From NCBI GenBank assembly GCA_022705425.1, contig JAKJEM010000003.1, positions 34,561 to 87,594 on the forward strand: DNA of 53,034 nt, in the 5' to 3' direction. Position numbers and translations under genes: made by a program. Shown here piece by piece: positions 39,001-47,563 of this stretch (positions within the stretch are counted from its first letter, which is position 1; each line of letters begins with the position of its first letter). Source of the stretch: Planctomycetota bacterium. Lineage in GTDB: Bacteria > Planctomycetota > Brocadiia > CAIUPP01. The notes under the pieces were generated by a model, which was not told the origin of the DNA, searched no databases, and was given only the letters and a program-made list of their open reading frames with translations.

Positions 39001-39924
39001 GAAGGACCACATCGGCCCCTCCCACGTCCCCGCGTCGGCCAGCGCCTTCTGCGCCGAAGGGGCGGCCGGCTTCAGGATGTCGTTCAGCGGAAAGGCCGTC
39101 GGGTACCAGCCGATGCACTGGGAGTTGATCGGGGGAAAGGCGTTCCAGAGCATCTCGTCGCGGGCGGCGCGCTCCTCATCCGACAGGGTCTTTGCCGCAT
39201 CCGTCCACAGGGGGTCCATCGGGCGCACCCAACGGGCGACGGCGGCGCGCGTTTCGTCGAGGCGGACGTGGCGGCGCAGCGCGGCGCGTTCGTCCGGCGT
39301 GAAGAGGCCCGGCCGGGCCTTGGCCGCGCGCCCGGCCAACCCCCGCAGCGTGTCGTGCAACTCGATGCTGTGGATGTAGAGGTCCACGGCGCTGCCGCGC
39401 CCGACCGTCAGCGTGGCGCGGCGCGGCCCCGGCGTATCCGCCAAGACGTAGAGTTCTGCCACGGCGTAGAACCGGTCCGCGTAGGGGATGCGCTGCCGGA
39501 AGAACTCCTCCCTTCCGTCCGGCCCCCTTACGCGCAACTCCGCGTGCAACGGCTTGCGGTGTTGCTCGATCTGCTCCGGGCGGGCTGCCGCGATCACGCG
39601 CACGACATAGCAGCCCACCGGCAGCGCGCCGAAGTCCAGCTCGTAAAGGGGCGCGCCGGGCGAACTTCTCACCACGGGCGTCGGTGTGGGGGCGGGCCCT
39701 CGTGCGCCCGCCGGCGGCGTCAGCGTCGTCACGCGGTCGCGCGGCGCCTCCGGCATCTCAACGGCGATCCAGCGCCGGAGCAGCGTTTCCTCGTCATAGA
39801 GCTTGACCGCGTGCCCCGAGTAGGGCGTGAACTGCTCGACAGAGGCCGCGGGCGCAGCCGGTTGCGCCAACGCCGCGCCGGCCAGCAGACCCAGCCCAAC
39901 GCACAATCGCAGCACCCAGGCCAT
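36019..39924 (-). CDS. Large secreted protein (1301 aa) with heparinase II/III-like polysaccharide-lyase domain
   Basis: Signal peptide MAWVLRLCVGLGLLAGAALAQPA. Hepar_II_III-type motif GVGHQHADTLDLQMIAHG. Confidence 0.7.
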   Translation of the reverse strand: MAWVLRLCVGLGLLAGAALAQPAAPAASVEQFTPYSGHAVKLYDEETLLRRWIAVEMPEAPRDRVTTLTPPAGARGPAPTPTPVVRSSPGAPLYELDFGALPVGCYVVRVIAAARPEQIEQHRKPLHAELRVRGPDGREEFFRQRIPYADRFYAVAELYVLADTPGPRRATLTVGRGSAVDLYIHSIELHDTLRGLAGRAAKARPGLFTPDERAALRRHVRLDETRAAVARWVRPMDPLWTDAAKTLSDEERAARDEMLWNAFPPINSQCIGWYPTAFPLNDILKPAAPSAQKALADAGTWEGPMWSFGPLTLTNAKLNLRYTRDDLAARRPLPAPWPVPDDGGAVYYPPEEGMAHGQNLAILAAPLSARWRALIGALGAHDGDDIVHRVPYLYHTLDNRHAARDAALLLCRWAHIYPAFTDAMILNGALIAPAGIYKRDLRLDRRFLNEGLDGLQQGLAVSYDYLFDFIQGNQELARAVGRFVPWVRTDEDVRRLIETRILQFGAKQVMRFHVFNDKGTPTFLMRLAAVQQDPEVTRPWMEYLWTRTWVYPHARAGLPEYLSTTTQRDGSTDIGSLFYTQTGTPFLELALMTRRYVLNGGDPAYDLADLRRYGKVAAACRLPLEASVAGYPLSVGDVGGPAKPRLFAGFLGALERNVRSGAGLTGDPDLAWVTAQYYGRAGESDAEWAAILRAAERRRGNPFLGQPSRVLTNWSAILETGQEAQDFRFVRAAMMRIGTGVGHQHADTLDLQMIAHGVRALNDVGWRGGYSAPHPTFTQLHNLVEINELNWQGHAWTPTFAPTAGAQYMRAAAVPPAGAAGISARTREVALIDADEGRPGAAPPAPLPYTDRTRFDPQAMTPNSYVVDVQRQRGGRLHTFCFHGTFSDDFQINLPDRSEALDDEEKNYLRRYAQGTGMKTSGVVPEVLQATWRLRRTEENTTVTDRDGKEVRCRLWNAEAVMQGAAYDPASPPKFTRLHLLGRAGDRALIASPAPTEGNPDKLTWPFLFVRKTGTDLETVHASVIEPYAGQPFLSSVREIPLPDNEADSERAVAVEVTTVGGRRDLSLSNPRGRRRVAGETAADGAFAFVSTDARGLRLAAMVEGTELATPWGALRMGRREWTAALARVDYEGRRVWLDADWSDARLPGEQVEFGNERHKTTYTVLSAARENNATVLTLDKALDLSYAQVVSSDPAQRTVVVNIGPAGLTPGMTDGLTCTNADLARTWRCTVIGGDSGRYTYRLETPFTATDFPAGGTFKLWEFGPGDGARLAARAAVRRTPSGAWSVESNGDARWTPRAP

Positions 39925-39963
39925 GACCGCCTTCCTTTCTCGTCGGACCGCGCGCGCCGATAT

Positions 39964-39973
39964 GTGGGGGTTC
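39964..39973. repeat. Left copy of 10-bp target-site duplication GTGGGGGTTC
   Basis: Identical 10-mer at 41385-41394 immediately outside the IS terminal inverted repeats. Confidence 0.6.
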
Positions 39974-41384
39974 ACTCTTGTCCAAGACAGTCTGTTGCCG
40001 TATTAGCGGTTGAGCGTCGTCTCCGGTTCGGCGTATGATGGGACGTGTCACAGTTTCATCACGGCCCAACCGGAGACAGGCATATGGTAGCGCGGAGCTC
40101 GCTGTTTGCGCAAGTGGTTTCGCGGATATCGCGGCGGGCGTTCGACGCGGCGGTGCGGGAGCACGGGGCGGAAAAGGGGGCGAAGGGGTTCACCTGCTGG
40201 GAGCAGTTCGTGGCGATGCTGTACGCCCAGATGGCCGGGGCGCATTCGTTGCGGGAGATTTGCGGCGGCCTGGCCACGGCGCTGGGGAAGCTGGCGCACC
40301 TGGGGATGGCCCAGGCGCCGTCGCGCAGCACGCTGAGCTACGCGAATGCCCGTCGGTCGTGGAAGGTGTTTGAGTCGGTGTTCTACGCGTTGCTGGGGGA
40401 GGCCCAGGGACTCGCCGCCCGGCAGCAGCGGCGCTTCGCGTTCAAGAATCCGCTCCGGAGCCTCGATGCGACCGTCATCCCCCTGTGTGCCGAGGTGTTC
40501 GACTGGGCACGGTTCCGGCGCACGAAGGGGGCGGTGAAGTTGCATCTGATGCTCGACCATCAGGGCTGCCTGCCGTGCTGGGCGCTGGTGACCGAGGGAC
40601 GGCAACATGAGATTCACGCCGCCCGGACGCTGCGCTTCGCGCCGGGAACCGTGGTGGTGATGGACCTGGGATACTTTGACTACGCCCTTCTGGCCTCCTG
40701 GTGCGCGGCGGGGGTCTTCTTCGTCACGCGGCTGAAAGACCCGGCCCTCTACCGCGTGGTGGGCCGGCGGGTCCTCCCCCGGAATCGTCCGATTCTCGGC
40801 GATGAGGAGATTGTTCTGACGGGAAAGGCGGCGCAGGCCGGTCTGGAGCAAACGTTGCGGCGCGTCGTGGTGTGGGACGAGCAGGAGCAACGGGAGATCG
40901 TCCTGCTGACCAATCACCTGGGGTTCGGCGCGACGACGGTGGCGCGGTTGTACAAGGAGCGCTGGCAGATCGAGACGTTCTTCAAGGCGCTCAAGCAGCA
41001 TCTGAAGATCAAGACCTTCGTGGGTGTGACGGAAAACGCCGTACAGATTCAGATCTGGACCGCCCTGGTGGCGATGCTGCTGTTGAAGATGCAGCAGATG
41101 CGTGCGACGTTCGGCTGGAGCCTGTCGAATCTGGCGGCGCTGTTTCGGCTCAACCTGCTGGCGCATCGGCGGCTGGAGGAATGGCTCGACGCCCCCTACG
41201 GTTATCCCGGCGTCGCGCCGCCGGAAAAGCCCCTGCCGCTCTTCCCCGATATCCTGGACAGCACCCGAGGGGGGCATGAAATCCAAACCGGTCTTGCCCA
41301 TGCCTGATCTCGTCCACAACAGCGGGTTTTACGGCGCTTCAGCGGAACACGGTTCCACGGGCGGATTTATCTTGGACAGCAGTG
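39974..41384 (+). mobile_element. IS4-family insertion sequence (about 1.41 kb), apparently intact
   Basis: Imperfect terminal inverted repeats (left ACTCTTGTCCAAGA..., right reverse complement CACTGCTGTCCAAGA...). Single transposase ORF. Flanked by a 10-bp direct repeat. Confidence 0.75.
40084..41307 (+). CDS. IS4-family DDE transposase
   Basis: DDE region with the IS4 signature Y(2)R(3)E(6)K in YKERWQIETFFKALK. DLGYFDY. The ORF is open from 40045. Confidence 0.85.
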   Translation: MVARSSLFAQVVSRISRRAFDAAVREHGAEKGAKGFTCWEQFVAMLYAQMAGAHSLREICGGLATALGKLAHLGMAQAPSRSTLSYANARRSWKVFESVFYALLGEAQGLAARQQRRFAFKNPLRSLDATVIPLCAEVFDWARFRRTKGAVKLHLMLDHQGCLPCWALVTEGRQHEIHAARTLRFAPGTVVVMDLGYFDYALLASWCAAGVFFVTRLKDPALYRVVGRRVLPRNRPILGDEEIVLTGKAAQAGLEQTLRRVVVWDEQEQREIVLLTNHLGFGATTVARLYKERWQIETFFKALKQHLKIKTFVGVTENAVQIQIWTALVAMLLLKMQQMRATFGWSLSNLAALFRLNLLAHRRLEEWLDAPYGYPGVAPPEKPLPLFPDILDSTRGGHEIQTGLAHA

Positions 41385-41394
41385 GTGGGGGTTC
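41385..41394. repeat. Right copy of 10-bp target-site duplication GTGGGGGTTC
   Basis: Matches 39964-39973. Confidence 0.6.
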
Positions 41395-41403
41395 CGTCCT
41401 TCG

Positions 41404-41988
41404 TCACGTCCGCGAGGGCCCACGCGCTCCGCGCCCCGGCGCAGATGGGCCACCCCCGTCACGCCCCTTCTCGACATACCTCCTCCGGCGCGGCCCCTCC
41501 CGTGGGGAGGCCGCAGGGCGCTCCTCGATCAATTCCTCCTCCGCCGCGGTGTGGAAGGACACCACAACCCAGTCCTCCGCCGGCACAACGCCCTGGTGCC
41601 ACATCCCCGGCGGAATCGAGATCCACCGCTCCGCCACCGCCGCCGCCGGGTCGCTCGTGAGCGGGCGCGGACGCCATCGGCCCGTGCGACGCGTCTGAAA
41701 ATCGCCGCTCCCGCGGTAGGACATCATGCGTTGGTGGCTGTTCGGGTGCCGTTCGGCGCCGGTCGTCGTGCCCGCGCGCAGGATGAACACCCAGCTCGAC
41801 CGAATGCCCTCCGGCAGCGGCTCGGTGTAGAGGTTCAGGGGAATCGGCTCCCACGCCAGCGCGGCCTCGGGATTGGCGCGGAGCTTCCGCTCCACGCGCC
41901 GGATGATCGCGGCGATTCTTCGGCGGACGGGCGTCGAGCTCACGGCGCGGTCAAGGGCATTCAAGATGCGTGCTTCGCCCTTCATCAT
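41404..41988 (-). CDS. Hypothetical cupin-like protein
   Basis: Beta-barrel-like region (WVFILRAGTTTGAERHPNSHQRMMSYRGSGDF...WISIPPGMWHQGVVPAEDWVVVSFH). SD GGAGAGGA upstream of ATGATG. Low-complexity Arg/Gly/Pro tail. Confidence 0.45.
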   Translation of the reverse strand: MMKGEARILNALDRAVSSTPVRRRIAAIIRRVERKLRANPEAALAWEPIPLNLYTEPLPEGIRSSWVFILRAGTTTGAERHPNSHQRMMSYRGSGDFQTRRTGRWRPRPLTSDPAAAVAERWISIPPGMWHQGVVPAEDWVVVSFHTAAEEELIEERPAASPREGPRRRRYVEKGRDGGGPSAPGRGARGPSRT

Positions 41989-42294
41989 TGCGTCCTCTCC
42001 GGCGTGTTCATTCTCCCGGAACGCCAGGCTCGGGCATTCGGGACACCGAGCGTCATCCCATGATCCGCCGCGGCAGAGCCATCGCTCCTCGACAGACGGT
42101 ATTCTCTCTTTCCGGCGGGACGAGAGCAACTCCGGGTTTCGCCCCGTCGTCGGGCGGCGCGGGAACGCGGCGCGCTTGACGGGACGGACGGCACGGGGGA
42201 TACTACGCCCGGCCTATGCGGGGCCCGGCAGTCCTGCGGCGTCGGTTGCACGGAAGACCCGCCGGAGGATGCAGCATTCCCCAGGAGTCCGGCG

Positions 42295-44493
42295 ATGAAA
42301 CTCGACACGGCTTCGGCAGTCCTGATCCTCATCGGTCTCAGCCGCCTGGCCTTCTCCGACCAGAAGGAGCCGTCCTCCGCGCCGGCCTGGACGCCGCCGC
42401 AGGTTGTCCTCCGGACGCCGGTGAGGCATCCGGTCGTCGCCGCCACGGCGGAGGAGCTGGCCCGTCTGCGCGCCGCGTGGGCGCGGACGGGACCCGAGCG
42501 CGACGCGGTGGCGCAGCGCATCGCTCGGGCCGACGAGTCGCTGAAGGCCCCCCTGGTCTTTCCTCCCGAGGGGGGCCAGCACAATCAATGGTACCAGTGT
42601 GACAAGTGCCAGGTGGCCCTTGCCGCGATTGACGCGCACCGCCACAAGTGCCCGAAGTGCGGCGCGGTCTTCAGCGGCTTTCCCTATGACAACGTGCTCT
42701 ACAGCAAGACGCACGCGGCCAACATTCGACGCGCCGAGGACGCGGCCTGGGCCTGGGCGGTCACCGGACGCCGCGAATATGCCGACTTCGCCGCGCGGGT
42801 GCTCATCGGCTACGCCGAGCGCTACCTGGATTACCCCATGCTCCACGCCGCCGTCAACGACAAGAACGTGAACGTGGCTGCCGGGAAGAACGGGAAGTAT
42901 CGGTCCGCCGGGCACATCAACGAGCAAACCCTCGGCGAGGCCATGTGGCTTGTTTCGATCGTCGAGGCCTACGATCTGATCGCGGACTCAGGCGCGCTTG
43001 ACGGCGGGCAGAAGAAGCAGGTCGAGACCCGTCTGATCCGGGCCATGGCCGACTGCATCGGCGTCCACCGCGCCGGCAAGTCCAACTGGCAGACCTGGCA
43101 CAACGCCGCTCTCTTGAACGCCGGAGCCGTTCTCGGCGACGAGGCCCTCGTTCGGCAGGCCATCCTCGATCCGGGCCACGGCTTTCTCTTCCAGATGAAT
43201 GCCAGCGTCACCCCCGAAGGCATGTGGTATGAGAACAGTTGGAGCTACCACTACTACACGCTGACGGCGATGATCCGGCTGGCCGAAGGCGCGCGCCGGC
43301 TGGGACTGGACCTCTACGGCCATCCGCAGTTGCGGAAGATGTGCCTGGTGGCTTTCGATTATCGCATGAGCGACGGCAGCCTGCCGCGCTTCGGCGACGC
43401 CGTTCAGGACTCCCTTGCGCGTCCGGGCGTCAACGAGTTCGCCTATGCGGCCTATGGGGATGAGCGGCTCTTGGCCACGCTGCCTGAGCCCCCATCGTGG
43501 AACAGCGTGCTCCTCGGGCGCGACCCCGCGAAGAAGAGGCTGCCGCTCCCGCCCGTTCCGAGTCGGCTGATGCCCGACGCCGGTCACGCGCTCCTTCGCA
43601 CCGACGGCCCCGGAGCGCTTTCCGCCGCCATGACCTTCGGCCCCTACGGCGGATTCCACGGGCACTTCGACAAGCTCTCCTTCGTCTTCTTCGGCTACGG
43701 TCAGGAATTGGGGGTGGACCCCGGCCGCGCCGCCAGCCAGGCCTACCGTCTGCCGATCCATCGGCACTGGTACAAGGCCAGCGTCGGCCATAACGTGGTA
43801 CTGGTGGACGGCCAGGGCCAGAAGGAGGCCGGCGGAAAGCTCCTGTCCTTCGCCGCCAACGGCGCCTATGCCGCTGCTTCCGCCGACGCGGGACCGGCCT
43901 TTCCCAACGTGGCGCACCGGCGGTTCCTGCTCCTGACGCCGACCTATCTGCTGGTGGCGGATGAGTTGCAGGCCGCCGACGGGCGTGAACATGCTTTCGA
44001 TTGGCTCTATCACAACAGGGGGCTCAAGGTCCTCTGCAATCTGCCGGCCGGCGAGGCCAGGTTGGGGGATACGCCGGGCTATGCCTATCTCAGGGATGTT
44101 GCGGCCTGCAGCCTGGACGGCGAAGGAGCGATCCGCGTGGACTTCGTCGGTGAAAAGGTCGCCACCCGGCTGGTCCTGGCGGGCCGGCCCGGCGACAAGG
44201 TCTTCACGGCCACGGGACCGCTGCAAAGTGTTGATGACCGCGTGCCGATGGCAGTCGTGCGACGCCAGGGTGAGGCGGTCCGCTTTCTGGCGGTTATCGC
44301 GCCCGCGCCGCAGAGCGGCAACGCCGTCGCGCCGGACATCCGCGCGGTCTCCGATCGTCCGCTGACGGTCAGCGTCACGTGCGGAACCGCGACCGACCGC
44401 ATCTCCTTCCCCGGCGAAGGGTTCGGGAGTTTCCGGGTCTGGCGGGAGACTCCCGGCGGCGAGGCCGTCACTCTCCTCAAGTCCGGAGACTGA
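42295..44493 (+). CDS. Secreted heparinase II/III-like polysaccharide lyase with an inserted CxxC-x14-CxxC zinc ribbon
   Basis: Signal peptide MKLDTASAVLILIGLSRLAFS. Hepar_II_III motif FGPYGGFHGHFDKLSFVFFGYG. Zinc ribbon QCDKCQ...HKCPKCG (42598-42660). SD AGGAG. Confidence 0.8.
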   Translation: MKLDTASAVLILIGLSRLAFSDQKEPSSAPAWTPPQVVLRTPVRHPVVAATAEELARLRAAWARTGPERDAVAQRIARADESLKAPLVFPPEGGQHNQWYQCDKCQVALAAIDAHRHKCPKCGAVFSGFPYDNVLYSKTHAANIRRAEDAAWAWAVTGRREYADFAARVLIGYAERYLDYPMLHAAVNDKNVNVAAGKNGKYRSAGHINEQTLGEAMWLVSIVEAYDLIADSGALDGGQKKQVETRLIRAMADCIGVHRAGKSNWQTWHNAALLNAGAVLGDEALVRQAILDPGHGFLFQMNASVTPEGMWYENSWSYHYYTLTAMIRLAEGARRLGLDLYGHPQLRKMCLVAFDYRMSDGSLPRFGDAVQDSLARPGVNEFAYAAYGDERLLATLPEPPSWNSVLLGRDPAKKRLPLPPVPSRLMPDAGHALLRTDGPGALSAAMTFGPYGGFHGHFDKLSFVFFGYGQELGVDPGRAASQAYRLPIHRHWYKASVGHNVVLVDGQGQKEAGGKLLSFAANGAYAAASADAGPAFPNVAHRRFLLLTPTYLLVADELQAADGREHAFDWLYHNRGLKVLCNLPAGEARLGDTPGYAYLRDVAACSLDGEGAIRVDFVGEKVATRLVLAGRPGDKVFTATGPLQSVDDRVPMAVVRRQGEAVRFLAVIAPAPQSGNAVAPDIRAVSDRPLTVSVTCGTATDRISFPGEGFGSFRVWRETPGGEAVTLLKSGD

Positions 44494-44597
44494 CCCGTCC
44501 CGTTCGCGAACCGCGTCGGTTCGTGGATGAGCCGGGCCAAGGCGCTTTGCAGAGGGCGCCGGCTCCGTTGCCGACCGGCGTTCTCTGCTTCCCGCGA

Positions 44598-46238
44598 TCA
44601 GTCGCCCGCATGCGCCCGGTGGAGCAGAGGCGCCAGCGCGGCGGCGGTGGGGGCGAGATGCCCGTCCTTGAGCCCGCGCAGCGTCATGAAGCTGTTGTGC
44701 ATGGCGGCGGACTCGCGCGCCATGCGGCGCAGGTTCCCGAAGCACAGCCGGAACTCCTCCGCCGCGCGCGCCGGCAGGCGGGGCGCCAGGGCCTCGATCC
44801 GCCCGAGCATGGCGTCCGCCCGGGCGACGGCGGCGGCCTTGTCGCGCGAAACGCGGGCGATATTCTCCGGCGTGGCCGCCAGCCGCCTCTGCCAGTCCCG
44901 GCGCATCGGGCCGTAGCGCAGCAGCGAGTAATAGAGCTGATAGAAGTCCTGGCCCGTGCAGCGGACGCCGCGGATATTCTGCGCCTCGGCGGCGACGTCC
45001 TCGCTGTCGAGGATCATGGCGGCCAGTTCGCGCGGCAGGGGGCGTCCGTAGCGCTCCGCCAGGGCGTCGGCGGTCTCCGCCTCGATGTCGGCCTCGGGGT
45101 TCTGCGCCAGCGCGGCGAAGAGGCGCATGTTGAGTTCGGCCAGGGACCAGCGGCTCGGGTGCGCGGCGTTCGAGCCGGGGTTGTCATGCATGCCCCAGCA
45201 GACCGGGACAGCGCAGAGACCGTCGAGCCCGCGCGCGGCGCACAAGCGTGCGCGGCGCTGCATCTCGCGCCCCATGACGTAGAAGACGCGCGGGGCATCG
45301 CGGCAGTACTCGAAGCTCAACTCGCAGATCTGCGTGTGGCCGCGATAGCGCCCGATCCACGGGTTCAGGGGGTGGTGCAGGTTGGTATCGGCCCAACTGG
45401 CCTTGCAGATCATCATCGTGTCCTCGCCGCGCACGAGGCGCAGCCAGGCGGGGATGTCGCGCGAAGGGCGGAACTGAAGGGCCGGGTCGGCGAAGCACCG
45501 CACATAGGGGCGCAGCCAGCGCTCGGCCTCCCCGGCGGCGCCGAAACGCAGACGCTCCGCGTAACTTTCGGAGTAGTGGTAGTCGTGATCGTGTGTGCCC
45601 CAGGCGCGGTTGATCAGCCGCACGCCGCCCCCGGCGCGGCGCAGGCCCTCCTTCAGCGCGTCGTGCAGATGTTTCATCATGACGCTGAAGGGAATGTCGC
45701 GGCAGTGGTCGCAGCGGTGCCAGACCTTGGTGGCGCTGTTCGTTTCGTTGTTTGTGTACATGAAGGCATCAAGGCCGGGGAAGGTGGCGCAAATCTCAGC
45801 CACCTTGTCGGCCAGGAGTTCTCGCACCTGGGGGCGGGCGACGCAGAGGTTACGGTTGTGGCGGACCTCGGGGCAGGCGCGGCGGTACTCGCGGATCTCG
45901 GGGGACCAGAGTTCCGGATACGCCGTTCGGAAGACGGGCGGCAGCGAGGGTTCGTAGGCGTGATAGACGACCTTGAGCCCGGCGCGGCGGGCAGCGGCGA
46001 TGCGCCGGCGAATCGCCTCGCGGCGGGCCTCGATCTGCGGGCGGGCCGCCTCGCGCGCGGCGGCCTGGCGCGGCCAGCCGGGCAGATAGACGGGCGCGTC
46101 CTCGTTGGGATGCTTCCCGGTGTGGCCGTCGGAGTGGACGACCGCCCAGTTGAAGTCCAGTCTTCGCGCGTAGTCCATCAACTCCAGCGACGGGGCGTAC
46201 AGCATCCGGATCGCAAAGGGGCGGGCGGCGCGGGGCAT
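44598..46238 (-). CDS. Hypothetical protein (about 546 aa), possibly a glycoside-hydrolase-like TIM-barrel
   Basis: Start taken at the second ATG, with AAGGAG 6 nt upstream. No confident family motif. Confidence 0.5.
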   Translation of the reverse strand: MPRAARPFAIRMLYAPSLELMDYARRLDFNWAVVHSDGHTGKHPNEDAPVYLPGWPRQAAAREAARPQIEARREAIRRRIAAARRAGLKVVYHAYEPSLPPVFRTAYPELWSPEIREYRRACPEVRHNRNLCVARPQVRELLADKVAEICATFPGLDAFMYTNNETNSATKVWHRCDHCRDIPFSVMMKHLHDALKEGLRRAGGGVRLINRAWGTHDHDYHYSESYAERLRFGAAGEAERWLRPYVRCFADPALQFRPSRDIPAWLRLVRGEDTMMICKASWADTNLHHPLNPWIGRYRGHTQICELSFEYCRDAPRVFYVMGREMQRRARLCAARGLDGLCAVPVCWGMHDNPGSNAAHPSRWSLAELNMRLFAALAQNPEADIEAETADALAERYGRPLPRELAAMILDSEDVAAEAQNIRGVRCTGQDFYQLYYSLLRYGPMRRDWQRRLAATPENIARVSRDKAAAVARADAMLGRIEALAPRLPARAAEEFRLCFGNLRRMARESAAMHNSFMTLRGLKDGHLAPTAAALAPLLHRAHAGD

Positions 46239-46430
46239 GGTCATCTCCTTGCAGGTTCACGAGTATCGGCGCGGCCACGGACGCATTGTGCCCTCTTCCG
46301 GACCGCCGGGCAAGGCTCGCCGGAATGCGTCGGCGCGTCGTTTCACTCGTTTCCCCTTTTCCGGCGTCGCTGATATCATGTCATGCGCTTCCCGCAGGGC
46401 GTCGGAATCCGCTTCTGGAAAGGGTGTGTC

Positions 46431-47537
46431 ATGTCGCTCAAGTTCCGTCTGCAATGGATCGCCGACGAGCGCTACGAATCGGCATACGCCTTCGACGTCA
46501 ACAACGACGGCATGCCGGACATCGTCTCGGGGGCCTGGTGGTACGAGGGGCCGGACTTCGTGAAGAAGCACCCGGTGGGCGAGGTCAAGGCCTTCGGGGA
46601 GTACTACGACGATTTCTCGACCCTGCCGCTCGACGTCAACGGCGACGGGCGCATGGACTTCATCACCGGCGGGTGGTGGGGGAACACCCTGCGCTGGCGA
46701 GAGAATCCCGGCGACCCGGCGAAGCCCTGGCCGGAACACGTCATCGCCGAAGTCGGGAATATCGAGACCACGCGCGCCTGGGACGTGGACGGCGACGGCG
46801 TGCCGGAGGTCGTCCCCAACTGCCCCAACGGCCCGCTGCTCCTCTTCAAGCTCAACTGCGACGCTGCCGGGCGCGGCGCGGGCGGTTTTACGGCGCACCG
46901 CGTCTTCGACGGCAAGCAGGGGCACGGGCTGGGCTTCGGCGACATCTCCGGATCGGGGCGCGGCGACTTCGTTCTGCGGCACGGCTGGCTGGAAGCGCCG
47001 GAGGACCGGTACAACGGCAGGTGGACCTGGCACCCCGAGTTCGACCTCGGTTCGGCGAGCGTGCCGATCCTGGTGGCCGACGTCAACGGCGACGGGCTGA
47101 ACGAACTGATCGTGGGCGCGGCACACGGCTACGGCCTTTCCTGGTGGCAGCAGCGCCCGGCGGCGAACGGCACGCGCGTGTGGACGCCCCATCCGATTGA
47201 CCCCTTCAACTCTCAGTATCACGACATGCACTGGGTGGACCTGGACGGCGACGGGGCGCCGGAACTCGTGACCGGCAAGCGCTACCGCGCGCACAACGAC
47301 AACGACCCCGGCAGCTTCGACGACTATGGCATCTCCTGCTTCAAGTGGACAGGGGAGTCCTTCGCCCGAATCCCCCTGATCCACGGGCGCGTACGCGAGA
47401 CGAAGGGGCTGGGCATCTTCTCGCAGGTTGTGGACCTGAACGGCGACGGCCGCCCGGACATCCTGGCGCCGGGCAAGGACGGGTTGGCGATTCTGTGGAA
47501 TGTGACGGAGATAGACCGGTCGCCGGCGAAGCACTAG
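46431..47537 (+). CDS. FG-GAP/VCBS repeat beta-propeller protein
   Basis: Repeated DxDGDG-type calcium-binding FG-GAP motifs (DVNGDGRMDF, DVDGDGVPE, DVNGDGLNE, DLDGDGAPE, DLNGDGRPD). Confidence 0.65.
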   Translation: MSLKFRLQWIADERYESAYAFDVNNDGMPDIVSGAWWYEGPDFVKKHPVGEVKAFGEYYDDFSTLPLDVNGDGRMDFITGGWWGNTLRWRENPGDPAKPWPEHVIAEVGNIETTRAWDVDGDGVPEVVPNCPNGPLLLFKLNCDAAGRGAGGFTAHRVFDGKQGHGLGFGDISGSGRGDFVLRHGWLEAPEDRYNGRWTWHPEFDLGSASVPILVADVNGDGLNELIVGAAHGYGLSWWQQRPAANGTRVWTPHPIDPFNSQYHDMHWVDLDGDGAPELVTGKRYRAHNDNDPGSFDDYGISCFKWTGESFARIPLIHGRVRETKGLGIFSQVVDLNGDGRPDILAPGKDGLAILWNVTEIDRSPAKH

Positions 47538-47563
47538 CGCGTCCGGCGCGGCGAGGAGCGATC

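Noticed and set aside
44503-44512. Perfect 10-bp palindrome GTTCGCGAAC between convergent genes
   Set aside because: Too short to form a meaningful hairpin and there is no flanking U/A tract. It is likely a chance palindrome in GC-rich DNA.
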